The notes under the pieces were generated by a model. The model was not told where the DNA came from and ran no database searches. It saw only the letters and a list, made by a program, of their open reading frames with translations. Made by a program: the position numbers and the translations under genes. DNA of 64,000 nucleotides from assembly GCA_050730875.1 (NCBI GenBank), contig JBOHNX010000001.1:425972-489971 (forward strand), in the 5' to 3' direction. Positions within the stretch are counted from its first letter, which is position 1; each line of letters starts with the position of its first letter. The stretch is from Candidatus Saccharimonadales bacterium (GTDB taxonomy: Bacteria; Patescibacteriota; Saccharimonadia; Saccharimonadales; EFPC-124). Shown here one piece after another: positions 7,429 through 15,839 of the stretch.

Positions 7429-9939
7429 TTAGATTCTTACAGCGCCGGCTGCTTTATGCACGGCTGCAACCATTGTTTCTAACAGCTTGTTCACTTCGGC
7501 TGTAGTGAGCGTTCGGTCTTGGTGTTGCAACGTAACACGGAAAGTAACCTGCTTGTGCTCGGTATCGTCTTTACGCTGATAAATATCCAGCGGGGCAACA
7601 GTGACACGCAGGAATTCATCTTTTGAAAGCGCTGTTTCTACGAGCTGTTTCAACTCTGCGTACGGCACGTCGGCTTTTACTTTAAAGCAGACATCTTGGT
7701 CGGTTGCTGGAAAGCGCAGGAGTGGTTGGTAACGATTCTTGATTTGAGAAATAAACAGGCCGCCAAGCCCTAGCTCAAAACCAGCGCAAGTTGCTGGTAG
7801 TTTCAGCTCTTTGCGGACTTTCGCTTGGTACTCGCCCACGACACCGACGATTTCGCCGTTTATTTGGATGTAAGCTGAGCGCTTTGGCTCGAACGGCGCC
7901 AGCACTGCGTAATGCGATTTTTCGCGCATTGGCAGTAGTTTGTAGGCAACGTTCAAGTGGCCCAACAGGTAATCGAGATACTTGGCAGCATGGTAATAAG
8001 ACGCCCCGGTGCTTTTTTCGTCTTTAGCTAGCACCAACGCTAGGCTTTCAAATTCTTCTGGCACGCCTTCGTTATTGAGGTGTTTTTTATTGTGGATTTT
8101 GTTGAGTTCGAACAGTGCAAATTCACCAAAACCAGCTTTAACATTCGGATGAACTTTTTCGAGCAAGCTTGGCGTTAAGCTGAGGCGGTAGTATTGCAAG
8201 TCTGGACTGAGCGCGTTGGTTAATTTAAACGCCTGCTTGGCGTCCTGACCCGCCTTATCCAGAAGATTCGAGTGCACGAAGCTGTAAGTTAAGGCTTCGT
8301 TCGCGCCGGCTTTTGCCAAAACTGTACGTACACGCGACTTAAGCCCCAGCATTGCGTCTTGTGGCGTTGGGGTAATATCGCGCTTTGGTAGTTCCAGCGG
8401 CAAGTGGTCGTAGCCATACAAACGGCCGACTTCTTCTACTACATCTTCAGCGATTTCAATATCGGTTCGCCAGAATGGCGCGGTTACTTTAATGCCGTCT
8501 TTAACCGCACGAGCATCGAACTCGACATTGGTAAGCAAACGAATAATAGCTTCTGTTTTGAGCTTGAGACCCAGGCGGTCGTTAATGAATTCTGCCGAAA
8601 CTACAACTGGCTCGTGCAACGAATTTCGCTCCAACACATCTTTATCAAGGTGTTTATTATCGTGAAGCGGACCGGCTACTTTACCGCCAGCAAGCGTGCG
8701 GACTTCGTGCACTGCTTTAGCAATAACGCGCTGGTTTTGCAGTGGACTTTGGCCTTTTGTAAACCGAGTTACGGCATCGCTGAAAATACCGTGCTCCATG
8801 CTGGTGCGGCGCATGGTGTACATGTCCCAGGTGGCGGCTTCGAGGATGATGTTTTTGGTGTTTTCATCCACTTCGCTATTGGCGCCGCCCATGGCACCAC
8901 CGACACAAAGCAGCTCTTTATCGCTCGCCACCATCATGGCATCGGGGCGCGGCGTAATAGTTTTGCCGTTTAGCAGGATGATTTGCTCGCCTTTTTTGGG
9001 ATGTCGAACGACGAGGGTTGGGGCGCCTTCTTCGCTTAAGTCTTTTACTTTGTCGTAATCGTAGGCGTGAAGCGGCTGGCCAGTTAGGTACATCACGAAG
9101 TTGGTAATATCAACGATGTTGTTAACCGGGCGCATACCAGCGCGCATGAGTTCGACTTGTAGCCAAACCGGGCTTGGTTTAACCGTAATGCCGCTCATAG
9201 CAATGGCGGTAAAGCGCGGTACGAGCTTTGGCAGTTCGTTGACGACTTTAAGCGGTAGCAAGGCGCTGTCTTCGACATCGAGCGAATACTTGCCACCCTT
9301 ACTGTACCAATCTGGACCTTCAAACGCTTTGTGCTGAATACCGGCAATCTCGCGGTACAAGCCCAGTACGCCAAAACCATCTGGACGGTGGGTGAGCATT
9401 TTGTTTTCGATATCGATAATGTAGTCGTTTAGGTGGTACACGTCGGCAAATGGCGTGCCCGGCGCTGCTTCTTCGTCTATTTCTAAAATGCCTTCGTGGT
9501 AATCGCTAATACCGAGTTCTTTGGGGCTGGCCAACATGCCGTGGCTCATTTGGCCGCGGAGTTTGCGTGATTCGAGCACAAACGGAGCGCTATCGAACGT
9601 TTCAGGCACGGTAGTCCCCGGTGGTAACCAAGCAACAAGCATGCCGACTTTAACATTTGGCGCACCGCAAACAACTTGCACATAGCCATGCTCGTCGCGC
9701 GGGACATCCTTAACAACTCCGCCATCATCGATTTTGCATACGTGCAGACGGCTGGCGTCTGGGTGGTCATCGCAGTGCATAACTTTGGCAACTATGACAC
9801 CTTTGTAGCGGGCGCCAAGATCAATCACTTCTTCGATCTCGCCAAGCTGCGCACCAATCTTAGCAACAAGCTCGTCTATAGTTTTGGGATCGAGCTTTAA
9901 ATTTGTGTAATATTTTGCGAGTGCCAGCGTTAGTTTCAT
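7429..9939 (-). CDS. pheT: Phenylalanine--tRNA ligase beta subunit
   Basis: 836 aa. N-terminal tRNA-binding (OB) domain, B3/4, B5 and C-terminal FDX-ACB-like domain. Overlaps pheS by 4 nt. Confidence 0.92.
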   Translation of the reverse strand: MKLTLALAKYYTNLKLDPKTIDELVAKIGAQLGEIEEVIDLGARYKGVIVAKVMHCDDHPDASRLHVCKIDDGGVVKDVPRDEHGYVQVVCGAPNVKVGMLVAWLPPGTTVPETFDSAPFVLESRKLRGQMSHGMLASPKELGISDYHEGILEIDEEAAPGTPFADVYHLNDYIIDIENKMLTHRPDGFGVLGLYREIAGIQHKAFEGPDWYSKGGKYSLDVEDSALLPLKVVNELPKLVPRFTAIAMSGITVKPSPVWLQVELMRAGMRPVNNIVDITNFVMYLTGQPLHAYDYDKVKDLSEEGAPTLVVRHPKKGEQIILLNGKTITPRPDAMMVASDKELLCVGGAMGGANSEVDENTKNIILEAATWDMYTMRRTSMEHGIFSDAVTRFTKGQSPLQNQRVIAKAVHEVRTLAGGKVAGPLHDNKHLDKDVLERNSLHEPVVVSAEFINDRLGLKLKTEAIIRLLTNVEFDARAVKDGIKVTAPFWRTDIEIAEDVVEEVGRLYGYDHLPLELPKRDITPTPQDAMLGLKSRVRTVLAKAGANEALTYSFVHSNLLDKAGQDAKQAFKLTNALSPDLQYYRLSLTPSLLEKVHPNVKAGFGEFALFELNKIHNKKHLNNEGVPEEFESLALVLAKDEKSTGASYYHAAKYLDYLLGHLNVAYKLLPMREKSHYAVLAPFEPKRSAYIQINGEIVGVVGEYQAKVRKELKLPATCAGFELGLGGLFISQIKNRYQPLLRFPATDQDVCFKVKADVPYAELKQLVETALSKDEFLRVTVAPLDIYQRKDDTEHKQVTFRVTLQHQDRTLTTAEVNKLLETMVAAVHKAAGAVRI

Positions 9940-10985
9940 GCAAATTGCCTCAGAAATTCTAGCTTGCCGCTTTCGAAATGGCGAATGTCCTCAATGCCGT
10001 ATTTAATCATCACCATGCGCATAAAGCCCACACCCCATGCAAAACCAGTGTATTCGGTTGGGTCGATACCAGCCATCTTGAGCACGTTAGGGTGGATCAT
10101 GCCGCAGCCGAGTAGCTCAATCCAACCAGAGTAACTACACACATGGCAGCCTTTTTTGTCGCAGAACGGGCAGCTCTGGGCAAATTCGAATGACGGCTCG
10201 GTGAACGGGAAATAAAACGGCTGCGTTTTGACGTCTAATTCTTTTTGGTAATACTCCTGCATGAACGCCTTGAGTGTTGCGATCAGGTGGCCGGCATTGA
10301 CACCTTTATCGACATAAATACCTTCCAGTTGATAAAAGGTGTGTTCGTGGCGAGCGTCGACATCTTCGTTGCGGAATACTCGACCCGGGACAACCACTGC
10401 AATTGGCTTGCCAGCTTCCAGCTGCTTTTTTCCAGCTTTTAACACGCGGTTCTGCATCGTGCTAGTGTGGGCAGGGGCAACAAACGGCACATCATTGGCA
10501 TCCGTTTCGGCTAACGTGAATGTATCAAAATCGTCACGCGCTGGATGACCTTCGGGGAAGTTGAGACTGCTAAACATGTGGTAATCGTCGTCAATTTGGC
10601 GCGATTCAACGGCGGCAAATCCCATGCGATAAAAAATATTGAGCATGATATCGAGCTCGGTCATCAGTGGGTGTGCGCTACCTTTGCTGGCATCCAACAG
10701 TTTTGGTCGGTCGGCTGGAGCGACATTTACATCGAATGGCGCAGTGACGTCGATTGGCGTAATTGCTTCCGATTCCTGCGCGACCTCGTAGCCTTCGACC
10801 AGTGCTTCAAGCTCTTGTTTGAGATCGTTGATAGCCTGTCCAAACTCCTTGCGCTCTTCTACTGGTAGCTTTGGAATTTGAGCGTAGAGATTTTTCAGTT
10901 CGGGAGCTTTTAAGACATCACGCTTTTGCTCAAGCGTCTCGAACTGTTTCTTTAGCTTTGCAGCTACCTTGGCAATATCTTGCAT
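9936..10985 (-). CDS. pheS: Phenylalanine--tRNA ligase alpha subunit
   Basis: 349 aa. Class II motifs (FRNEDVDARHEHTFYQLEG, GWIELLGCGMIHPNVL, AWGVGFMRMVM). Confidence 0.93.
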   Translation of the reverse strand: MQDIAKVAAKLKKQFETLEQKRDVLKAPELKNLYAQIPKLPVEERKEFGQAINDLKQELEALVEGYEVAQESEAITPIDVTAPFDVNVAPADRPKLLDASKGSAHPLMTELDIMLNIFYRMGFAAVESRQIDDDYHMFSSLNFPEGHPARDDFDTFTLAETDANDVPFVAPAHTSTMQNRVLKAGKKQLEAGKPIAVVVPGRVFRNEDVDARHEHTFYQLEGIYVDKGVNAGHLIATLKAFMQEYYQKELDVKTQPFYFPFTEPSFEFAQSCPFCDKKGCHVCSYSGWIELLGCGMIHPNVLKMAGIDPTEYTGFAWGVGFMRMVMIKYGIEDIRHFESGKLEFLRQFA

Positions 10986-11102
10986 AATCGTTGTTACTTT
11001 TTACTATAATAGCTCATTGTTCAAAATCCTAGTGGAAATACTCTGTTAAACGCTTGTTAATGGGATTAAGCTTTTCAAAACCACTTTTTTATGTCAAAAC
11101 TA

Positions 11103-11130
11103 TTGAAATTTAATTTTAATATGCTATAGT
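11103..11130 (+). promoter_or_regulatory. Sigma70-like promoter of cassette C (TTGAAA-16 nt-TATAGT)
   Basis: -35 at 11103-11108, 16-nt spacer, -10 at 11125-11130. About 100 nt upstream of GTG 11230. Confidence 0.4.
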
Positions 11131-11150
11131 TTGCTCTTGTACGACGACGA

Positions 11151-11199
11151 AAGCTCGAGCGAACATTCTGTCATTTGTTTCCAGCTCGAGTTTTTGTTT
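11151..11199 (+). promoter_or_regulatory. Leader stem-loop followed by T-run (terminator/attenuator-like) in cassette C 5' region
   Basis: AAGCTCGAGC (11151-11160) pairs with GCTCGAGTTT (11184-11193) around a 23-nt loop, then TTTTTGTTT. Confidence 0.3.
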
Positions 11200-11229
11200 G
11201 ACCCGCACCTACACAGAAAGAGGTACAAC

Positions 11230-11970
11230 GTGTGCCCGAACCACTCTCAGCCCGACCCGACCCAGCAGTACGAGCACCACGAGCTGCCGGCGTCTCCCAC
11301 CCAGTGGGGGCCGCCACCGCAGCCGGCCCCGCCAGCCAAGTCCCGTGTGGGGCTGATCCTGGGGCTCGTGGGAGGTTTCCTCGCGCTGTTACTCGTCGTC
11401 AGTGGCGGTGTCGCCTTCGCCCTGAGTGGCGGAGACGAGCCGAAGCCGCCCGTCGGTCCGTCGGCCCAGCCGCCGAGCGAGACGCCCAGCGCCTCGCCGA
11501 CGCCGTCCGAGTCACCGACCATGAGCCCGGCGGAACGCGCCGACAGCTACATGAACTCGTGGCTCGACGCGGCCGGCCTCTCCGGCACTCCGGTGGTCCT
11601 CGTGACCACCGACCAGGAGTACACGTGCGGTGACGCCGTCAAGTACAACGGTGACGACGAGAACGCTCGACCTGTCGACCAGTGCGGCGGGAAGTTCTAC
11701 GTCATGGAGGCAGCCTTCTTCGCGAAGGACCTCGCCGGTGTGGACGCCGTGACCACGATGGAGATGTCCTACTACATCCTGGCCAAGAACGGCCTCGACA
11801 TCACCGACGCGACCGCGTCCTGCTTGTCAGGCGCGACCGTGGCCGATGCCGAGGAGCAGTTCCTCTCCCACGAAGACGCAGTCAAGGTGGGCGCGGAGTA
11901 CAACAAGTCGGGTCTCCTGGAGACCTTCGCGCACGGCTACAAGAACGGCGCGAAGTCCTGCTTCGAGTAA
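11230..11970 (+). CDS. Hypothetical membrane-anchored protein, high-G+C cassette C (246 aa): Pro-rich N-terminus, one TM, Cys-containing C-terminal domain
   Basis: ORF track 11131..11970. I prefer GTG 11230 after AGAAAGAGG. Features: PPPQPAPPAK, TM LILGLVGGFLALLLVVSGGVAFAL, PS-rich linker. Spot count 48/60 G+C at 11281-11340. Confidence 0.65.
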   Translation: MCPNHSQPDPTQQYEHHELPASPTQWGPPPQPAPPAKSRVGLILGLVGGFLALLLVVSGGVAFALSGGDEPKPPVGPSAQPPSETPSASPTPSESPTMSPAERADSYMNSWLDAAGLSGTPVVLVTTDQEYTCGDAVKYNGDDENARPVDQCGGKFYVMEAAFFAKDLAGVDAVTTMEMSYYILAKNGLDITDATASCLSGATVADAEEQFLSHEDAVKVGAEYNKSGLLETFAHGYKNGAKSCFE

Positions 11971-11977
11971 CCGACGT

Positions 11978-12006
11978 GAGGGTGGGGGCCCCGCGCCCCC
12001 ACCCTC
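11978..12006 (+). terminator. Perfect 12-bp GC hairpin after cassette C ORF (no U-tract)
   Basis: GAGGGTGGGGGC (11978-11989), loop CCCGC, GCCCCCACCCTC (11995-12006). Starts 8 nt after TAA. Confidence 0.5.
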
Positions 12007-12043
12007 GCACAAACAAAGTCGTCGTACGACTTTCCAAGAATTT

Positions 12044-12082
12044 AAAAGACGCATCTTTTACGGATGCGTCTTCTTTTATTTT
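12044..12082. terminator. Bidirectional intrinsic terminator
   Basis: AAGACGCATC (12046-12055) / GATGCGTCTT (12063-12072), flanked by an A-run and CTTTTATTTT. Downstream of the minus-strand gene ending at 12094. Confidence 0.65.
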
Positions 12083-12093
12083 CTAGCTAAGAC

Positions 12094-12357
12094 TTAAATA
12101 CCTTCAAAAATAAAAAGTACAAATAGCACCAAAGCGATAACCACCATGGTTACAACGCCAACCCAAAAGAGTGAACGGCCGGTGGCTTCTTGTGATTCTT
12201 CTAGCATAACTGGTTTTTGCTCCTCTCCATAGCCTGGGCCGCGGTCTTTCAGGCGCTCGGCAAGATCGGCCGCTACCTTGCTCTGCAGCTGGCTACGCTG
12301 TTCGTTTTGTTTTAAGAATAATGCCATACGAAATCTAGTGTACCATGCATTTTGCAT
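12094..12357 (-). CDS. Hypothetical small protein with C-terminal TM helix
   Basis: 87-aa ORF. C-terminal LFWVGVVTMVVIALVLFVLFIF. Start uncertain (alternative ATG at 12327). Confidence 0.5.
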   Translation of the reverse strand: MQNAWYTRFRMALFLKQNEQRSQLQSKVAADLAERLKDRGPGYGEEQKPVMLEESQEATGRSLFWVGVVTMVVIALVLFVLFIFEGI

Positions 12358-12382
12358 GGATTTTGTTGCGTTTTTTTCGTTT

Positions 12383-13159
12383 TTATTCGTGGATAGCTTG
12401 CGCCTCTAGTACCTCGTGAAGTGAGACTGTCGTGAACGCAACAAGCACAACCGCTACGAGCAACACGAGCGTTTGCCAGTTAGCTAAGCGTGCACTCTCT
12501 TTCTGGTGAATGGTCGGAATAATGTCGGCCGCGGCAATGTAAATAAAGAAGCCAGCAACCAGCGCCAACATGACATCGACCGGTAATTGCAACGCTTCAC
12601 CAAAGCCAAATACCAAGCTTGCACCAATAACTGTTACAGCTGCGCTCGCTATGTTTACGAGCAAGACTTTCTTGCGTTTCATACCTTTGCTTAACAGCAA
12701 TCCAAAGTCGCCGATTTCTTGTGGGATTTCGTGCGCCGCAATGGCGAGCGTTGCCACAATACCAGTTGCGGGGTTCACCAAAAAGGCCGCACCTATTGCC
12801 AAACCATCAATAAAGTTGTGCAAGGTATCGCCAATGACAATCAGCGAGCGGTTGGCTTGGTCCTGACCACTCTCGTGTTCGTGATGGTGATGGAACCAAC
12901 GCAGGAATCGCTCCGAGGCGAAAAAGAACAAAAAGCCGACAAGCGTCCATTGCAGGATGGTACGGACTTCTCCTTCTTCGAAAGCTTCTGGCAGCAAATC
13001 GAAGAAGCTCGCCGCAAGCAGCGCCCCTGCCGCAAACGGCACAGCAATCTTTTGTAGCAGCATTGCCCCGCGCTTACCGTAAAGCAGGTAAATGCCGCCG
13101 ATTAATGAAAAAACACTGCCAATTAAGGCAAAAAATATAACGTGAAACCATGTACTCAT
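12383..13159 (-). CDS. ZIP family metal cation transporter
   Basis: 258 aa, about 8 TM. His-rich loop HHHHEHESG. HNFIDGLAIG and AHEIPQEIGDF motifs. Confidence 0.88.
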   Translation of the reverse strand: MSTWFHVIFFALIGSVFSLIGGIYLLYGKRGAMLLQKIAVPFAAGALLAASFFDLLPEAFEEGEVRTILQWTLVGFLFFFASERFLRWFHHHHEHESGQDQANRSLIVIGDTLHNFIDGLAIGAAFLVNPATGIVATLAIAAHEIPQEIGDFGLLLSKGMKRKKVLLVNIASAAVTVIGASLVFGFGEALQLPVDVMLALVAGFFIYIAAADIIPTIHQKESARLANWQTLVLLVAVVLVAFTTVSLHEVLEAQAIHE

Positions 13160-13209
13160 AGATGTATTTTTACTCCCACAACTAGTAAAAATGCAAATTT
13201 ATCGCAATT

Positions 13210-13647
13210 TCAGGTCTTTTTGCGATGTTCGCCGCGGAGTTTTGCCAGATATTTCTGATGGTAGTCTTCGGCTTCATGGAATTTCGTTGCGGGCACAAGT
13301 ACAGTGGTAGAGTTTGGATCTGCGTATTCGGCCATCGCTGCTTCGGCAAGTTGCCGCTGGGTTTCATCCACGTAAAAGATGATCGACGCAAAGCGTTCAG
13401 CATGTTCGGCCGTGTGGTCGTGCTGTTGCCAAAAGTGTTCTAGCAGCTCTTCGTAACTTATGACATGCGGGTCAAACTCAATCCTAATGGCTTCGATGTG
13501 GTCGCCAAGTGTATGATACGTCGGATCGCTGCTTGTCCCGTTTGTATAGCCGACGCTCGTGTGCGTCACACCAGGGAGCCGCGCAAATGTATCCTCGGCT
13601 TCCCAAAAGCTCCCCATGCCAAATATGGCAATTTCTGCGGTGTCCAT
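13210..13647 (-). CDS. msrA: MsrA-like protein lacking the catalytic cysteine
   Basis: IAIFGMGSFWEAE aligns to the MsrA GCFWG motif but has Ser (AGC). GDHIEAIRIEFDP and EDYHQKYL are conserved. The protein has no Cys at all. Confidence 0.8.
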   Translation of the reverse strand: MDTAEIAIFGMGSFWEAEDTFARLPGVTHTSVGYTNGTSSDPTYHTLGDHIEAIRIEFDPHVISYEELLEHFWQQHDHTAEHAERFASIIFYVDETQRQLAEAAMAEYADPNSTTVLVPATKFHEAEDYHQKYLAKLRGEHRKKT

Positions 13648-13770
13648 TTATACGACTATTGTGCCACAGGTTGGCAAGTTTGGCACTGGCCCGTCTGGCG
13701 TGAAAACATATTGGCTATTCAAAGCATAACCACCCATGTTATACTTCGCCCATAAAGAAGGAGGGGTTAC

Positions 13771-14529
13771 ATGGCAAAAGCAAAGTCAACTAAAACTGCC
13801 AAGACAACCACAGCTAAAAGTAAGTCAGCGGCCACTACCGTTCGTCGCAAAACTACTGCAAACACATCATTGGTTAAGCGATTAGTGACGAGCGAGCTTC
13901 GGCTTGGCGCACTATTTGCAGAGCTGATTGGTGTATTTGTACTAACAGTTGCAGTACTCAACACCGGCGGTAACGTCATTGTCGCTGCACTAGCTGTACT
14001 GGTACTTGTTTTGGCACTCAGCAAGCTTTCAGGCGGTCACGTCAACCCGGTTGTGACCTTAAGCCTGCTGGCAACTCGCCAAATGTCACCATGGCGCGCG
14101 GTTGGCTACTTGGTAGCTCAAACACTTGGCGCAATGCTAGCGCTGATTGTTGTCACGCAGTTTGTTCTGAGCGGCACAACGCAGCTTGGCGCTGAAGTAT
14201 TTAAGGTGCAAGAACTCACCGGCGACTGGAAGCCATTCTTCGCAGAAGCACTTGGTGGTCTTGTATTCGGCTTTGGCGTAGCAGCTGCTTTCCTTGGCCG
14301 CAAAGAAGGTTACGACGCAGCCTTTACAATCGGTGGCGCGCTACTGCTTGCGCTGCTCGTTGCAACCCTTGGTTCAGCGGCAATCGTCAACCCAGCTGTC
14401 GCACTTGGCCTCAGCGCTTACACTGGCAACCTATGGTCAGTTGCGGCATACGCACTCGGCCCAGTTGTGGGTGGTATCGCTGGCGCATGGCTGTACAAGC
14501 TTTTGCAACGCGACGTCGAGAACGCGTAA
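13771..14529 (+). CDS. MIP/aquaporin family channel
   Basis: SGGHVNPVVT (NPV) and AAIVNPAVALG (NPA) half-helix motifs, 6 TM. Lys/Thr-rich N-terminal tail. Confidence 0.88.
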   Translation: MAKAKSTKTAKTTTAKSKSAATTVRRKTTANTSLVKRLVTSELRLGALFAELIGVFVLTVAVLNTGGNVIVAALAVLVLVLALSKLSGGHVNPVVTLSLLATRQMSPWRAVGYLVAQTLGAMLALIVVTQFVLSGTTQLGAEVFKVQELTGDWKPFFAEALGGLVFGFGVAAAFLGRKEGYDAAFTIGGALLLALLVATLGSAAIVNPAVALGLSAYTGNLWSVAAYALGPVVGGIAGAWLYKLLQRDVENA

Positions 14530-14548
14530 GTTTAATCTACGCTATAAA

Positions 14549-14577
14549 AGAACCGGTCCAAGTGGCCGGTTTTTTTA
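14549..14577 (+). terminator. Intrinsic terminator after aquaporin gene
   Basis: AACCGG tccaagtgg CCGGTT followed by TTTTTT. Confidence 0.6.
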
Positions 14578-14597
14578 AGTGGAGCTTTGCCTGAGAG

Positions 14598-14704
14598 CGC
14601 TCGCCATCTTTGGCTGAAGAGGGTAAAGCTTAGTGCAGCCCGAGTCTTTTTGCGGAGCAAAAAGCCCGGCGTGTAACGCCCTCTTCAGACAATTATGGCG
14701 AATA
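14598..14704. repeat. Long imperfect palindrome between convergent genes
   Basis: Outer arms CGCCAT..CTGAAGAGGG (to 14623) / CCCTCTTCAG..ATGGCG (from 14679). Inner hairpin CTTTTTGC gga GCAAAAAG (14646-14664). Confidence 0.5.
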
Positions 14705-14717
14705 GCGGAATGAGGGA

Positions 14718-15824
14718 CTACTCTTCCAGCTGAGGCTTTTCTACAATCACCGGCTCGATTGCCGCTGATGTGTCGGCGATCTTCATGATATCGCGGTCGA
14801 CTTTTTTGAGCTCTTTGTGGGCATTGTTGAAGTGGTTCACGGTTGTACCAAGGCTGCTGCCCAACTTCTGCATAAACGTATCATAGACCTCCAGGTGGCG
14901 CTGCAGCTGCCCAACTCGCACCTGAATTTCTTTAGCTTGCTCTTCAATCTGCAGACTGCGCAGACCCTGTAAAACAGTCTGCAAATAGGCCATAAACGAC
15001 GTTGGTGACACGATAATCACGTGTCGCTCGCGAAATGCGTATTCAATAAGATCGCGCGTGTTCGATTGCAACGCCCCAACTTTGTTAATCAGCAAGTCGT
15101 AATACACCGCCTCGCTTGGAATAAACATAAAAGCAAAATCCATGGTACCGTCTTTAGGGCGAATGTACTTGGCGGTTTCATCGATGCGATTCTTTAGGTC
15201 GATTTTAATCGCCTTAACCAGCGCATCGCGGCGAATTTTATCCCCTTCATCAACCAGGCGGTTGTAGTTTTCAAGGCTAAACTTCGAGTCAATCGGCAAT
15301 ATCTTACCTTTGTCGAGTATCACAACCGCATCGCAAATAAGGTCTTTGCCGTCGTCATCCTTACCAAGCCGGTGCTGTAGCTTGAATCGGTCCGGCGGCA
15401 ACACATTCTCGAGCACGGACTGCAAAAAATACTCGCCAAGCACACCACGCTGCTTTGGATTTTGCAGCACGTTTTGCAGGGTTTTTAGTTCGGTCGCGAC
15501 ATCGACAACTCGCCGGTTGGTTTCATCAAGCTTTGTTAGGCGCTGCGTGACATCAGCAATGATCTTAGAGCTCTCGGTAAACTGCTTCATGATCGACTGG
15601 CGCATAAGCTCCTGGTTTTTATCCAGACGGTCGGTTAAATGGCTTTGCAGGCCGTCTTTGAGCGCGCTCATGCCTTCGCTGAGCGTTTGCATGTCTTGCT
15701 TCAACAGTGTAGCCGTAGCATCGCTCTTAAGGTCGTTAAGGCGTTGGTTAAGCAAGTAGATGACAAAGGCAAAGCCCACCACCACAATAATCAGCAGCGC
15801 GATTAAAATATACGTCATATCCAC
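14718..15824 (-). CDS. rmuC: DNA recombination protein RmuC
   Basis: 368 aa. N-terminal TM, coiled coil, C-terminal RmuC nuclease-like region (FMFIPSEAVY, VSPTSFMAYLQ). Confidence 0.85.
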   Translation of the reverse strand: MDMTYILIALLIIVVVGFAFVIYLLNQRLNDLKSDATATLLKQDMQTLSEGMSALKDGLQSHLTDRLDKNQELMRQSIMKQFTESSKIIADVTQRLTKLDETNRRVVDVATELKTLQNVLQNPKQRGVLGEYFLQSVLENVLPPDRFKLQHRLGKDDDGKDLICDAVVILDKGKILPIDSKFSLENYNRLVDEGDKIRRDALVKAIKIDLKNRIDETAKYIRPKDGTMDFAFMFIPSEAVYYDLLINKVGALQSNTRDLIEYAFRERHVIIVSPTSFMAYLQTVLQGLRSLQIEEQAKEIQVRVGQLQRHLEVYDTFMQKLGSSLGTTVNHFNNAHKELKKVDRDIMKIADTSAAIEPVIVEKPQLEE

Positions 15825-15839
15825 CCTAGTATAACCTGT

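Larger units (their letters stand above)
11139..12027. repeat. 10-bp inverted repeat bracketing cassette C
   Basis: GTACGACGAC at 11139-11148 and exact reverse complement GTCGTCGTAC at 12018-12027. Confidence 0.65.

Noticed and set aside
8404-8973. Long antisense ORFs inside large genes (for example 8404-8973 in pheT, 41313-41708 and 41898-42275 in leuS, 25493-26095, 51695-52222, 33296-33985)
   Set aside because: They are fully nested opposite well-supported conserved genes. Their products are low-complexity or unrecognisable, and they have no SD.
11232-12086. Alternative-frame and antisense ORFs inside cassette C (11232-11633 +, 11682-12086 +, 11247-11522 -, 11827-12054 -)
   Set aside because: They are Arg/Pro/Gly-rich products typical of shadow frames in high-G+C DNA. 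The frame starting at GTG 11230 has a coherent TM/linker/domain architecture and an SD.
13600-13625. Selenocysteine or recoding at the MsrA active site
   Set aside because: The codon at the catalytic position is AGC (Ser), not TGA, and there is no in-frame stop or SECIS-like context.
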